From Antedon mediterranea (taxonomy: Eukaryota; Animalia; Echinodermata), in the NCBI RefSeq assembly GCF_964355755.1, contig NC_092673.1, positions 28,579,648 to 28,643,647 of the forward strand: a DNA stretch of 64,000 bases, given 5' to 3'. The position numbers and the translations under genes are program-made. This document shows, piece after piece, positions 25,709 to 40,100 of this stretch (its first letter is position 1; the number at the start of each line of letters is the position of its first letter). The notes under the pieces were generated by a model. The model did not search any database, was not told where the DNA came from, and saw only the letters and a list, made by a program, of their open reading frames with translations.

Positions 25709-26599
25709 TCATTGTCTACATCCACTGCACATACTTTCCATCCTTTTTTTGTTCAGAGTGCGCAACTCCAATATTCCAAGACCATACACTAAAGGATTAA
25801 TAAATGAATAAGCTAAAGCCAAGTTGTATTCCATTGCGTGTACATCAACAAAGTAATCATACGTACAATAGTCATCTTTCAATATCAAATCAACAATAGA
25901 CAAAATATCTGCGGGCAGCCAACACACTGTACAAGTACATATAATGATTGAGAACGTTTTCAGTAACTTTTTCGATAGTTGCAATTCTTGTGATCGATGC
26001 GCAGATATCTTCTTCTCGTGTTTAAAGATAGCTCGGTAGATAACAGCGTACGTGATAGTAACCACAATCAGTATGGTAAGATTCCAAATAGGAACGATCA
26101 CTGAGAGGATGTCAAACTCGTTAATGAAGTGCAGACAACCAGCCACGACTGCTGATACTCCCCAAATGACTGCAATCCCGCTAAGAATTCTTTTGGGAGA
26201 ATTTATGTTTTTATCCAGTGGGTACAAAACAATAACAAACAATCTCTCTACAGCAATACCTTCTAGTGTTTGAAATGAAGCCATGACCGATGAAGTTCTA
26301 ACTACTGACAGGATCAGAGTTCCCGTTTGACCGACAGACTGACCAACGCTTACCGAAACCAATGACGTCAGAGCGAATATCGCATCCGTAATTGCTAACG
26401 ATACCGTGAACAGATAATGACGTTTGTGAAGCGTCTGTTCCGTTGCAAACGTATACACCATGTAGATATTGAGTAACAGGGACAAAATACTTAAAACATA
26501 CGTAATAACCACGCAGTATAAATACCGTTCCTCTGTTTTAAACGTAAACAACAGAATGTCTTTGAGAGTGTAGTCACAGTTAACCGCCGAGTCATTCAT
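25709..26599 (-). CDS. Intronless rhodopsin-like (class A) GPCR, 296 aa, orphan
   Basis: Seven hydrophobic segments with class A motifs: N in TM1, SLAITD in TM2, AVERL (DRY position), W in TM4, CWLP in TM6, NPLVY in TM7. N-terminal NDS glycosylation sequon. Confidence 0.9.
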   Translation of the reverse strand: MNDSAVNCDYTLKDILLFTFKTEERYLYCVVITYVLSILSLLLNIYMVYTFATEQTLHKRHYLFTVSLAITDAIFALTSLVSVSVGQSVGQTGTLILSVVRTSSVMASFQTLEGIAVERLFVIVLYPLDKNINSPKRILSGIAVIWGVSAVVAGCLHFINEFDILSVIVPIWNLTILIVVTITYAVIYRAIFKHEKKISAHRSQELQLSKKLLKTFSIIICTCTVCWLPADILSIVDLILKDDYCTYDYFVDVHAMEYNLALAYSFINPLVYGLGILELRTLNKKRMESMCSGCRQ

Positions 26600-28365
26600 T
26601 TTAACGATCGCGATCTTTTCTGCTAAGGATTACTTTTGTAACTCTCACAGCAAATGGTAGATATCAGTTATAATCTCGGAGGCTATACAACCAACCCGAA
26701 TACAAATTAATTTAGTAGTACAGAAGGCCTAACTGTTGACTAAGTTAATAACACGGTCGTTGAAAGCAATCAAGCGGTAACGATGACAAATCCTGCACGA
26801 ATGAATGAACCCGACAAATTGCGTAGTACCACCCACATCACTGATCATAGGCTACAAAGCAACCAGTCAAAGGAAAGAAACTTAAACAATTAAAAGGTTA
26901 AATCACTGATACAATGGACTCTTCCATTGTCAAAAACAGACAAATAAAATCATGGCCAAACACTACAGTAGAACCTACGCATTGGTATCAATAATAGTAC
27001 TGCACCACATGTTTAGAAGGATGAAGCCATACCCGAATAGTACCACATGAGCATAGATTTATCTTTTTTTTTAATCAATACATAAACCAATTTCTATTTG
27101 GAAAGTTTTCTCCCTAATAAATGCTGCAACATCGAATGTCCAATGTAATGAACGTCAACATTTCAGTTGTATAAAACTCGATACATCACAAGATCAGCTG
27201 TAAAGCGCGCTACAACTCGGGCATAAAAAAAAAACGTCCAGGCATAACTTTACGTAACTCAATGTCCTGTAACAAACCAAGCTAAGTAGACATAAAAATA
27301 ATGTACAAACAAGTTACCAAATTTATTTATTTTCATCAGTCTCCATCAGTACATGATTTATTTAATCTAAATTCAGATACATTTTCTGTTATATAAATTG
27401 AACATTATTATTAATTATTACGAACTCAATTGACCAGTTTCAATGCATGTACAATCTTTATTTTCATCCTTACAGTATTCTCCCTTAAGCTCTGTCTACA
27501 CTTTCAAACTTTATGTGACAACAAATGTCATGTGCCCATATACAGACATAAATGAATGATTTAAGCGAAATTCAGCTGTATGATACATAGACCAAGCAGT
27601 CATGGGCTACAAACATCCAGGTAAGTTAAACAGGCTTTGCTCAATAATTATTTACAATCATATTTTGTTTATGACTAGGCTAAGTATCATCATTTCGCTT
27701 TGTGTTTTCCCGTTTACTTTATAACCGTACATATATTTTTCAGCCTACCATCCAATGATTATTCTCCTCTACATTTACTTTGGGAAAACTTGGCTTCATT
27801 TGCATCTTATTATTCTCTTGCACGCTCTGCCACTTTTCTAGCTAAATAAAATGCTGTGTGCTTCGAGGAACACTGTAACCTTTTAACCTGTTATTTTTCC
27901 TGCACTACAGCTTTGCTTTACTATTACATAATACATTTATTATTATACTTATACAGGAATAGGGTTTCTGAAATCTTGCCATTTCTTTCTGGTTTTTTTA
28001 CTTTATTGTTCTGATTTAGCTTTTTGTTTATTTTATCAAGGGTCCAGCCACTGATAAGTTCCACAGAATTGTAATTTTCAGTGCTTATTATTTATATAAT
28101 TATTATTAATTAATAATTAATTCATTTATTATAATTATTTATTAATTATAATTTATTATTAGTTATTTGATATAAATATTTATTTTGTATCTCCATTGAG
28201 ATTCAGCCACTGATACCCACAGCATTGTCATTTTTTCAGTGCTTATTTTATTTTGTATTTCCATTGAGATCCAGTCACTGAGTGCCATTCCGTGTATGAG
28301 TATAATAAAACACATACATAACTCAAAATAATGAACTACTAACCATTTTCATATTGGAGAATCCA

Positions 28366-31300
28366 TCATAAAATTTGAGGACAAATATTGTTTTGTTTCA
28401 GGATGTACTCAGGCATACAGTATACAGGGTTGACTAGTTTGATGTCTTCTGTGTAGCTACCAAGTAGTGAAAGACCAGCTATGCCAAACAGTGTATGGAA
28501 AGGATCCACCTGAAAGACAAGAATATAGATGATATCAACCCATGTATAGAACAGATCCACTAAGAAGACAAGAAAACACTGTTAAGCTCTGTTTACACTA
28601 TCAAACTAGTTTGACAAAAAGTGTGATGTGCTCAAATATGGTAGTGATGTGCTCAAATACGATAGTGATATTATCATTCATTCATAATAACATTTATTTC
28701 TTATCTTTCAAAGTATACAAAATAACAATTTAAGAGGCAAAAACCCAGAAAGTAATAACATGTGGAGTGTCCCCTTAAGAGAGGTTGGTTGTAATGTTAG
28801 ACCATAAATTCCCATTTCCTGTTTCACAGGAAAGCATCCCCTTAATAGGTGTTCCAAAGGAGAGGTTCTATCTATTTAAAAAAATATTATTAATCATATC
28901 TGTATTTGTCTATGCATATATTTTCTTATGAATTTTAATTGTTGTATTTTTTTTAGCTTTCCGGCTATTTGTGGCATTGTTTGTCTTTTTAGGAAAATAA
29001 ATATACCTATATTATTATAAATTATTATTATTATAACGTACCATATTGCCAGGTCTGTCAGCAAATCCTCCTGTCTCATCATCTTGACACGCTAGGATGT
29101 ACGTCTCAAGTTTCTTTTTATCAATCCAGTGAATCTTACCAATGATCTTCAATGATGCCAACACCCACCATGAATAGCATACATCTGGTAGCTTCTCTGG
29201 TCTACCTATAAAAAAATTACGTAGCCGTAACATTGGCAAAAATTTGAGGCTTACTCGCTCGCTCCATGGTTAGAACGGTGTTTTCTGATAACTTACCATT
29301 GAGGCCACCTGATGGTAGTTGACGTTCACACAGCCACCAGCCTAGCATATCAACATTCACAAAATGCAGAGAATTTGTTATAGATAGTACACCTAAACAA
29401 CAGTATATCTGAAAATAAACACAATTATCATCTATTAATAGTTATTCTTATACCAAGAATCATGTTTCATTTATTTAAAACCGAACAGCAGAAAACCTGA
29501 AACTCTAAAGCTCTGTCTACACACACAATTGCCTAAATATGGTAGTGATATACCCAAATATGGTAGTGATATGACATCATCATATCCATATATGGGATAT
29601 ATTTGTCACATAAAATGTGTTGACAGAGCTTTATTAAGGGGACAAAGATAATCATCATATTTCTACAGACAGACACAAGCCTCTTTCTGCGGACACTAAA
29701 CAATGTAATGTACCACTATATATAATAATTGATCACTGTGTATATGGTAACAAGATATATAGTATACAGTACCTGACCAGAATGTGATTCTGAACCTGGG
29801 CGGCATCCAAAACCACCGTCAAAATTCATACAGGCAATGACGAACTCTACAGCCTTGTCTACATCTATGGCATCAAGCCTACCCTGAATAAATTAAAACG
29901 AAAAGCACCGTCAATTATACGAATGAGGGGAAGTTGGGACATGTAAGTCTGCTCTATATATCAACAGTGTTGGTGGTTTCTAGGTTTCAGGTCGACGACC
30001 GATGATACATCAAATGACATGACCTAACTTGTTCATAGGTTGTCAGAAATCAAAAGCTCCTCATTGTGTATACTTCATTCATTCATCTTTTATTAGTATA
30101 ATTTATATAAAAATAGAAAATCTTTGTTTATACACTTTAAGATGAAGAGATGCCTTTAGTTTCACTGCAAAGACTGCAGGGATAATTTAACTACAATGGG
30201 CATACTTACTAGCAATGCCAAACAGGCAACAGCACAAAATGAAAATCTAGTGTCAATCTCACCTGTTTTAAAATAATCATAATAGTATTTTCATTTACTA
30301 TATGTACTGTACATTAATGGGTTTTAATATGCGCTGAATGCAAAAGAGACATTCAAATGGCTTGGAGAAACATTCAAGATTCAAGAAATTGTATTTGTTC
30401 ACTTTAAAATGGAAATTTGCTTTGCTTGGCATAATTAAGACAATAAATCAACAAAGAAAATTATATCAAATTGCAAAAGGCAATGTTAAAATACTATTTA
30501 TATGTTAAAATACTGTTTAAAAACTATTAAAAATGCAGATTACAAAATCGCTCTGTAAAATACTGTTAAAACAATTAAAATTTAAAATAGAAATGACAAC
30601 AAAGAGAGATCTTTGAATGTTAAAATTGTATTAATGCTATTCACAACAAAGGACTTTATTTATTTCAATTTATACGGAGACTTACCAGGGATAACAATAG
30701 TAATGGGTTACGGTTGGCTGGACTTAGTGCGAGGGAAGAGTAGTGTTCGGCCTGGTGGCCTAGAGGCCAACACAGGGGAAAAGGCTGATTGGAAAGCCAG
30801 CGCTAACACTTGTAGATTTGCTGCAAAAAGATACAGGCTTCACAGACATGTTTGCAGGACAGAAAAAACGGAGGTCCATCATGATCAAGAAAGATGCTGG
30901 ATAGATAGATCTAAATAGATTTGAATTTTAAAATACTTACCCCATTTATCTCCCATAAATGATCCATCTTTTTGCTGTAGACCTGACACATACTCAACAA
31001 CCTTTTCAATGTTAATTGTGTCTAAACTGTTATAAATGGTTAAAATCTTAAAGACAAAAATAAAATGTATAGTTTAATCAATGTTTATAAGAGGCAACTA
31101 GACCTACAATTTTTGTTGTTTTGTAAAATAATGCATATATCACTTTTCAAATTAAACCATTCCTTGTATTAAATGTAAGTTTTATGATAAATTGTGATAA
31201 AAAGAGAGAAACATTGCACTACCGAAATAGCTCGCTTTGAATGTCCTCTCGTGGACGGTCTTAGGCCTAGCTACTAACCTGTATTGCACTAAGTGTATAA

Positions 31301-32748
31301 AGCAGGTGTGGATCATGTTTAAGACTACTGCTAACCCCTCCACATTCATGCTGACAATCTGATATGAACTTGAGAATGTCATTTTTGTTCATTCTATCAA
31401 GTTGCTTCATTAAGTCCATGACTGTGATTCCCCAGTACACGCCATTTAATCTTAGAAATTCTGTCATAACAAACTCCTGCAAAGAAATTATTGATATATT
31501 ATTTTATTTATATTATTTAAGTATTTACTTTGGTGTGGATTCGAGGGAATTTCAATCCAAATGTCTGAAATAATTATAATCCATCCTCCTTTTTTAAAAA
31601 TGTGAATATAATAGGGAGCTATCGAATTTAAACGAAGAACATGTTACAGTAGGACATGTTATTTTTAATTGATCACAAGTTGGAACTTTCGTTTTCACAC
31701 ATGGTTTCTAGGTCAATGCGTACAGGAAATCACACTAAAATAGAATGTTCTCCCATTTAGTGAAGAGATTTGAATATCGTAACAGATAGTTTGTAGTACA
31801 CCTATCAAGATCATTTCAACTATTACAAACTTTTATTCTAAAACCATAGACACACTTGTGGAAATGCTCGTAAAAAGAGGAATTCAACAACATATACATT
31901 TATTTTTCATATTTAAAAAAAACCCAAATTTTTTAGATACTATCATAACATGGATTGAATGTTCATCTTGGGTGTAACAATACATCCTAGTATAATAGTA
32001 TATATCTCACATAGCCGTCTTCTTTCTTGCCGTAGGCTTCAATGTAATCAGCATGTTTCTTTAGCAATAGTTCTGTGGGTGCATCAGCTTTGATTACCAC
32101 ATCTTTTACTTGGGTTCCCTGAAAGATACATCACAAAATTAATCATGTCATAATTATTTGTACGGTCTTCTTACTTTAAATCAACCTTTTTTTAACTAAT
32201 TTTAAATACAAAATTCCATTATACACATTTTTAAATAAAGAATATTGTGATGATACACGGGCTAATGTTCATAATTAATAATATTGTGATTGAACTAACT
32301 ACAATTATCATAATTTACAGACATTTTTAGAAATTAAATTTATTTGTTAAATTATAAATGCAATAATCGAATTTTATCAGAGTTAATTTTAATCAGGGAA
32401 GAAGACATAGAGCTAGTAGAACTGCTTGGGCTACCCTACCTAGTTAGCATATAGTCTAGGCTATTGATAAACAACAGAGGGAGCCTAGCTAGCCTACACT
32501 TTTATTTAGGCGGCCTATCTGAAACAAGTATAGCTTGGAGGGCCTAGCTAGGCCCTACTTATTATACTTTAATATAATATAGCTAGGCAGGCTAGCTAGC
32601 TAGGCCTAGCTAGAAGAGGCCTAAAAATAATATTGGGCTAGCTAGGCCTACGCTTAATATTTAAACGGTTTTAATAGTAATGTATGTTCTTTTTTGCATT
32701 AGAAAACATAGCTAAGCTAGGCCATTCTCTAGACTACCTACATACCAT
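28366..32748 (-). CDS. RABGGTB: Rab geranylgeranyltransferase type II beta subunit, 332 aa. Exons 32748-32746 (ATG only), 32118-32011, 31476-31279, 31046-30941, 30262-30210, 29883-29773, 29408-29297, 29205-29042, 28509-28366
   Basis: Motifs [79 protein letters not shown] and [17 protein letters not shown]. Exons total 999 nt with consistent phases. Confidence 0.96.
29509..29630. mobile_element. MITE of the AGCTCTGTCTACACTATCAAA-TIR family (PIF/Harbinger-like)
   Basis: Ends AGCTCTGTCTACAC...GACAGAGCT; internal AAATATGGTAGTGAT repeats. Many other copies occur in the window. Confidence 0.75.
29987..30064 (-). ncRNA. Candidate intronic box C/D snoRNA
   Basis: Minus strand reads ATGAGGA (C-like)...TTTCTGACA...ATGA...TTGATG...CTGA (D), 78 nt, ~100 nt upstream of the 3' splice site. 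Vertebrate RABGGTB hosts C/D snoRNAs. No terminal stem seen. Confidence 0.3.
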
Positions 32749-34109
32749 CTCCGAGATCTAGCCTAGGCCTAAAAGAGGTTGGATGATCGCTCCTCCTCCT
32801 CTCTCTCTCTCGCTGGTGGTGGTTTGTTATTGTTTTGCTGAGATGAGGGCGTACTGTTTTACTGTAGTTCAGAGCCATAATTATTTATAAAGAGTTACGA
32901 CATTGAAGATTAGAAGCCATGTTTGTGTCAAAGAATTCTCACGCTGAGGGCGCGCGCGTCTATTTTGTATAGCGTTTTCCTGTAGTTCATGCATTATTTT
33001 TAGATTTTTTTGTCTATGAAATAACGCTTATGTTCCTTTTTTATTTTAGTAATTAATTTTATTAATGGTATTAATTTTGTAAAATATATATATTGTGTCT
33101 ATAATAACAAAATAATAAATGCTAGGGCCTACATGCAAGTCAGAATACATCAAAGCATGAACCAATACAAATTCACCCCTCTTTTTATACAGTATAATGC
33201 TCTCCGTGTGTTTTTGTGACAAACTTTCCGAGACTCGTTCATCATTTCATTTGTAATAATTTGCCTTTATTATTTTAATATTGTTCATACCCTATTCAAT
33301 ATATTAACAAATATATCCACGACACTTTATTATTTTATTTAGTCATCAAAGCATGCATTATGAATTGAAAATATTACATATTAATTGTTATAGGACGTAG
33401 TTATGGGATGTTTCGTTCCAAAATCAATCAATCGAACTTTATAATGTACTAGCGCATGCGCGCGCAATATTCTTTGCCGCAAGTACTTCTGTACGCTGTG
33501 CACATCGATATTTCACCGTAAAATGTGCAATTACATTTATTTTCTTGCTCCTATACTTTACATGAATTAACGGAGACAATTTTGACACAAATTGATCTGC
33601 ATATCACGTGACTATAATCCAATGTCGTAACTCTTTATATATATGGCTCTGCTGTAGTTTGATAGCGCCCCCATATGTTCAAAAACTTTCGCACGAAAAA
33701 AGGCGGGTGTTTTAACAGAAGAATGATCAGACGAAGTTGTAGCCTACCTAAACAACTCCTTGGAATAATAAAGAATTTTCAGATGACCTCCAGGCATTCT
33801 CAATTAAGGCAAAGATGTTTTCCGATTAAGTAAATTGACATGACAGGGATTTTTTCAAAAACATTTTCGACATAATATAATAAAGTGGCATGCACAGATT
33901 TATATATTATGGTCTGTGCATGTTACCTCAATAAATACTTTTAAAATTATATATTTTAGTCATTTTCCAAAAAATTGTATATAACATTGACAACACAAAA
34001 GACAACAAATTTAAACTACATGAAATTTGATATAAAAATATTATATTTGGCTATAATAAGAAGAATATATGAACAACATGAAGATTGGAGGTGCAGTAGT
34101 CAGACGTCA

Positions 34110-37100
34110 TTATATAGTAAAAGACTCATCATCTAATAATAATCTTGACTGTACACCACTTTTATTAACAAGTTCTTCAAAATTGCACAGTTTTTGTCGG
34201 ACTCCAGATAACGTGGACTCAGATTTTCTGCGGACACTGTCTAGAATCTCTGCTTGCCTTTCAACTTGCTGTTTTATCTTCAGCTGAGAGAAATAAAATA
34301 CAAAATCAGTACTTGAATAAAAATCTGTCTACACTATCGAAACTAGTATGACAAAAAAAAGTGTGATGTTCCCATATCTATTAGTGATATGCTTAAAAAT
34401 GGTAGCAATATGACAACCTTAACCAAGAAAAGTTGTAGCATTTTGAGAGGATCAACCAGAGTACAAACACGTCATTTATCAAGATTTGGAGCAAAACATT
34501 TCACATGTCATAGTTCATTTACCTTAAGCATAGCTTGTTCATGTTCAAAATGTTCCTTAACCGTGTCCCTATACTGTGAACGGTTTACATTAGGCAACAA
34601 ACCAACGTCACGGTCTACATGAGATTCCAGAGAAGCCTGACAGATACAGAACAACATTGAGGAAATACAAACAATAATATCAAAGAAACTGCAGCAATCA
34701 TTCAAAGAAAACTTAGTTTGGATAAATATTTGCTCTAAAAATTATTGTAACAAAATATTATATATCTTGCTTTGATGGACTGAACCTAAAGTCTTGTGGC
34801 CTCAATGGGTTTTCATGTTTTTTTTCTTGTAACTTGAATTGTTTTATATTCTTTATAATATTTTGTATGAATAAATAATCTTGAATCATGATAAACGAAA
34901 ACCATGTACCTATAATCAAAGGTAAGTCGATTGTAAGATTACATAGTAGTAAAACCATGTACCTATAATCAAAGGTAAGTCGATTGTAAGATTACATAGT
35001 GGTACAGTAGAGCATCTGCTCTGGTTTCTCCAAAATAGAGGTTGGTTATTAGTGTTGAAATATATATCGCCTCTCGTTTGTTTAATGAGGACGCGTCCCT
35101 TAATAGGCATGTCCTTTCGATAGACGTGTCCCCTCAATAGGCGTGTCCCCCTCAATAGGCGTGTCCTATCTATAGGCCTGTACCCTCAATAGGCGTGTCC
35201 CCCTCAATAGGCGTGTCCTATCAATAGGCGTGTCCCCTCAATAGGCGTTTCCCCTTAATAGACGTGTCCCAAAAAAGGGGATCTACTGTATTCAGAAAAA
35301 TGAATTGAAAAAACTGTTTCATTTACCATTTGGATCGAGTGATTGAGTGTGTCTAATTGGTCATTTAACTCTCGTTTCTGTTCGTTCATCTGGTGTAACT
35401 CGTCCATTACCTCAAATCGCGACATTTCTAGATCTTTTAAGCCAACTGACACCTCCGACTTGATCTCCTTACGAAGATTTTGTAAAGATGCCTCTAATTT
35501 TTTATCTTTTCTGCTTTCAACAGATAACTTTGTATTCTATAAAACAAACAAGAAAACAACCAAATGAGCATTATAAGAATCAATATAAACACTGTATTTA
35601 TTTGTCTTTAAATTTATTTTTAAATTTCATACACATCCAACAGAGAGTACCTCACTAATTACAGGATGGATAAACTATTTTATAATTTATCGTGCTTATA
35701 AACTAAGTCTCATTTAAGGCTTAGGGAGTGGAGTGAAAGAGTCATGAGGCATTAGGTCAGGATTTAACCCCGAACCTTGGGATTGGAAGGCAAGCATGTT
35801 AACCACCAAGCTACAGCTCCACTACAAACAAACTCTCAACTTTCTCTTCACACACAAATGAGAACAAACAAACCTTTTGATTAACATTCCAACATTTTAA
35901 ATCGTAAGAAAGTATTATTTTGAGACTGAAGACAAATATTTAACAAAGAACCTTTTCTTGTAATTGTATAAACTGTTGACGAGTGTCCAATAACTCTTGG
36001 TTTAAGCGATTTGCTCGGCTTCTATGCTCCTCCACCGCTTGCGTTAGTTTATTCAGTTGCTTCTTCATTCTTTTATGAGCCTCTTGATTTGACTGAATAA
36101 AACCAAATTTAGAATATTATAAAAAATGAGGCATGTATGTATATATTTGCATTGGTTTATTTTCTTAAGTAACTGTAGAGCATTCTGCTATTTTGTTTTT
36201 GTGAGTTTTTTTATTTCTTCATGAGCATTAATGAACATGTAAATGTTAACGTGACTTGCGACTCACAGCCTACTGGGCTAAAAGGCAGACAAGTGTGGAC
36301 GACACAAGCAACAACTTTCTTTTTCCATAAGGATCCCCTCATGTCATGGCTAAGATAAACCAGTACACCGGGGTCCCCTTTTACTTTTTTACTCTTCCGA
36401 AAGACAATGGGTTCTTTAAAGTGCACTCGAGCCAGATATTTAGGACCTTATCCAAGAAAACTTGTTCTACCACCAGAACAATGGTCGAAGAGAGCCTTGA
36501 ACTTGTGCAGATTGTAAAGCTATTGTTTGCAGCAAAACATTAATTTGCATATGTAAATAAGATGATCACCTGATTTGCATCTTGGACCATCTGCTGCTTA
36601 TGTTGTAACTTCAATTCCAATTCAAGCATTTGATTCTCAATTTCTCTTTTCTCCTAAAATATAACAATAATTATTGAAATTTTAAATAGAAAGGATTCAC
36701 AGTCCTGTATCTATTTCTGAAGTATCAAATGAATATTTGGTAATACAGCATCACATTTATATTAAATGTGGTGCCTGTATCATGTAAGGTTAGGTTAAGG
36801 GTTTGGTATTACCAAATCATCCTATGATACTTTGGAAATAGATATAGTACTGATAAACAGCTGAGCTTACATGTACATTGATCCAAATATTTTTTTATTA
36901 AAATTCAAATGGAGTTAAACAAAAAAAACAAGCAAAAGCAAACACATACAGCAATACATGTTTGAGGTCAAGTTCAATATTGAATATCGAAACGTGACCT
37001 TTGACAAGATCGCCTAAATTGTTTAGTTTTTAACTTTACAATACTTAGTGTTGTATATTCTGGTACAGCCGCTCCATGATCTCTTTGCTTTTCTTCCTTA

Positions 37101-40100
37101 TATCTTTACTCTTTTTAAAAGTTTTACTAACGATTTTTATTTTATTTTATTTTATTATATTTATATTTTTGCTTTATGTACACGACAACTAACGATCAAA
37201 TAACAGTTTTTCACATCGCAACTTATACAACGTAATTTTGAAAACTACAACCATTTTTCTATATACATACAACGTACATTTCTAGTCTAACAAAAACATT
37301 TTTCTAAACTTTCTATTATTTAAAAGTCGAAGATAGCCAGGTCTCGGGTCCATTCTATTGTCGCCACAGATTGATATCTTCATCAGTACTTCTATGAATG
37401 GATGATTAGGTGGGAACACGAACGCTAGTTGATCATACCCAGTACCGTTTTGATCGTACGATTAATCGGGAAACCACCTCACGACGCTAATAATGAATTT
37501 CTGTAACAGAATACCTACATTTCTTAGCTTTTGAATCTCAATATGTGAAAAATTCAAAGTCTCTGCCAATTGAGTTTTCTCTTCATTTCTTTCTTCTAAT
37601 GAATGTCTTAATGTTTCCAAATCGGTAACTGAAAAAAAAAAAAATTTAAATGGAAGAAGGAAAAGGCTATAGAAACAAAACAAAAATTAACACTTGCAAA
37701 GCAGCTTAGATACAAGTAAGTATTTTAGATGCCAGTGGAGATCATGGTAATATACAGTACAGTTGTTAAGGATTTTGTTATTTGTACGAATATATGACAT
37801 CCGAAGTGAAATAAATAGAACTGAATTATAAATGAATTATAAGCAATGCTGACCTAAATGTTGAATCTTTGTCCTGGCAGTGTCTAGATTGCTTATTTCA
37901 TTTTGCAATGCTTTTAACTGTTCATTGGCATTCCTTAAGTCTGACGTCTTCTGAGACAAGGTGGATTTCAAGTCACTTTCTTTCCTTTCAAACTGACTCT
38001 GAAACTAAAAAAAAGTTAACTTAAAATAGTGCGGTTGGATATGCGAGTTTAACTAGCTCCAGCTCGATAAAATAGATTTTATTGGCTAGCTTGGCTATTC
38101 TTGAGTTGCTGAATTAAACCATTAAAATAGTGCGGTTGGATATGTGAGTTTAACTACCTCCAGCTCGATAAAATAGATTTTATTGGCTAGCTTGGCTATT
38201 CTTGAGTTGCTGAATTAAACCATCCATTGACCACCCCTTCGGCCATTTTGAATTTCAAAATGGCCGACATTCCATACTACACTTTGTCATCCATGGTATC
38301 ATCGGAAAGGAAATGTAATACTGATCATTTTATCCCATTATACGCATATCGAAAAATGCATAGTTACATAGTGATTTAGCAATAAAACAAGTCACGTTAC
38401 CATAACTGTCAAAAGGTCAACATTTAATTTTCTCAAATACTTTACTGTTTGGTAAGAATTGTTTATATATTATGAATAAACAGCGTATTCAATGAATGAG
38501 ATGTACACTAGAACGTTGGACACTAATTGGATAGAAGGCTGAATGCATTTATAATAGTTTGGTAATTAGTGAGTTTTGGCTTTTTTTAAATAGAGTTTAT
38601 ACAAAGAGACTTGTTTATACTTACTTTGATCATTTTCTCTTTCTCATGTTGTATATCAGCCCTAAATTTATCCAACACCCTTTTACTATCTTCAGCCTCA
38701 GTTTGTCGTCGTTCAACATCTATCAACAGCTGGTGCAATTCTTCTTGTCGCGCATGTTGTTGAGACAGAATGCCGGTCAGTGCGTCTCGTTCCTGGCTAA
38801 CATCCGTTTTCAGTTGTTCAACATCTTGAAGGACTTGCTTTTTCAGTTTTAAATCATCTTTTAGTTCATTTTCTAAATGAGTTTTCTTATCCATGTTATC
38901 TTTTACTTCTTTGCTTGATGTCTTTAACTGACCATGGAGATCTAAGAGATGATTGAATATTATCTGTTTTAGTTACTGGTACTGGTTCAAGTAACTGTCT
39001 AAATAGAGACATGTGACAGCCATAAATTAATTATCCCTTTTGTTTAGATTAGATAGCACATTTTATCTATTATTTAAATTTCATACGAGCAAATCACCAA
39101 TTACAGGATGGATAAACTATTTTATTTATTTATTTATCATGCTTATAAACTAAGTCTCATTTGAGGCTTAAGGAGTAAAGTTGAAAGAGTGGTGAGTTAC
39201 AAGCCAGGCATTAGGTCACATGAACCCTGGACCATGGGATTGAAAGGCAAGCAAGCACCCTAACCACCAAGCTACAGCTCCAATTTGTCAATTTATTTCA
39301 AAAACTTCCTCAGGGAGAGGCAGTATCTAGTACACATATTTAAATACAAAGAATAAATTTACTATCCACATTGTTACAAAAATGAAAGGACTTCACATAC
39401 AATGAACTTTGAACCATGTATTTCCATTCTTACCTTTAAGCTTATGCTTAGTGGCCTGCAGTTCTTTTAACATTGCAGAACGTTTGTTGTTCATCTCATT
39501 GAGGTCTTTCTCGGCTGCTCTCACGTCTGTGCTCAGTTTCTCAAGATGCCCTTGTAGGTTCTCAAAAGCGCCCTCACTCTCAGATTGTTGCCTGAAAAAG
39601 AATTACAGATTTAGCTTTTTTGACAGGAAGGTAAAAATATTGTCAGTTGTCGTAGACAAACTTAGACATTATTGTTTAAATAATATAAACTGTTTGAACC
39701 ATTTCTACATAAAACCAATGTTAGTGACCTATTTCTAGTTTTTATTTATGGATTAAATTCTATTTGAGTGCTAAATGCTTTATCCATAGTTACCTTCTGA
39801 ACTGTCTGACCTTTGAGCCCATGCTTTCACAATTCCCTTCCAGCATTTCTTTCTCTCTCTGTAGATTACTTATACCAGCCTCCATTGACAGTTTCTCTTC
39901 TGTCAGTTGTTCTTTCACGGCTCTCTCAATTTCAATAGTTTGTCTGGTACATTCCAAACTCAACTGCTTCTGTTGCACTTCTGACTGTAGGTTTTCCAGC
40001 TGTCCTCGTTCCTAAAACAATATTTAATTGGCTTCAATAATATATTCGTATGTCTTGTATAATTGTGATATCTACTGCATTATTATTCTACAGTACTTGG

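Noticed and set aside
30613-30918. 101-aa plus-strand ORF, and an rRNA-like motif TTACCAGGGATAACA at ~30682
   Set aside because: The ORF has no ATG start or recognisable domain. The rRNA resemblance is only ~10-15 nt and is better explained as the reverse complement of a splice donor.
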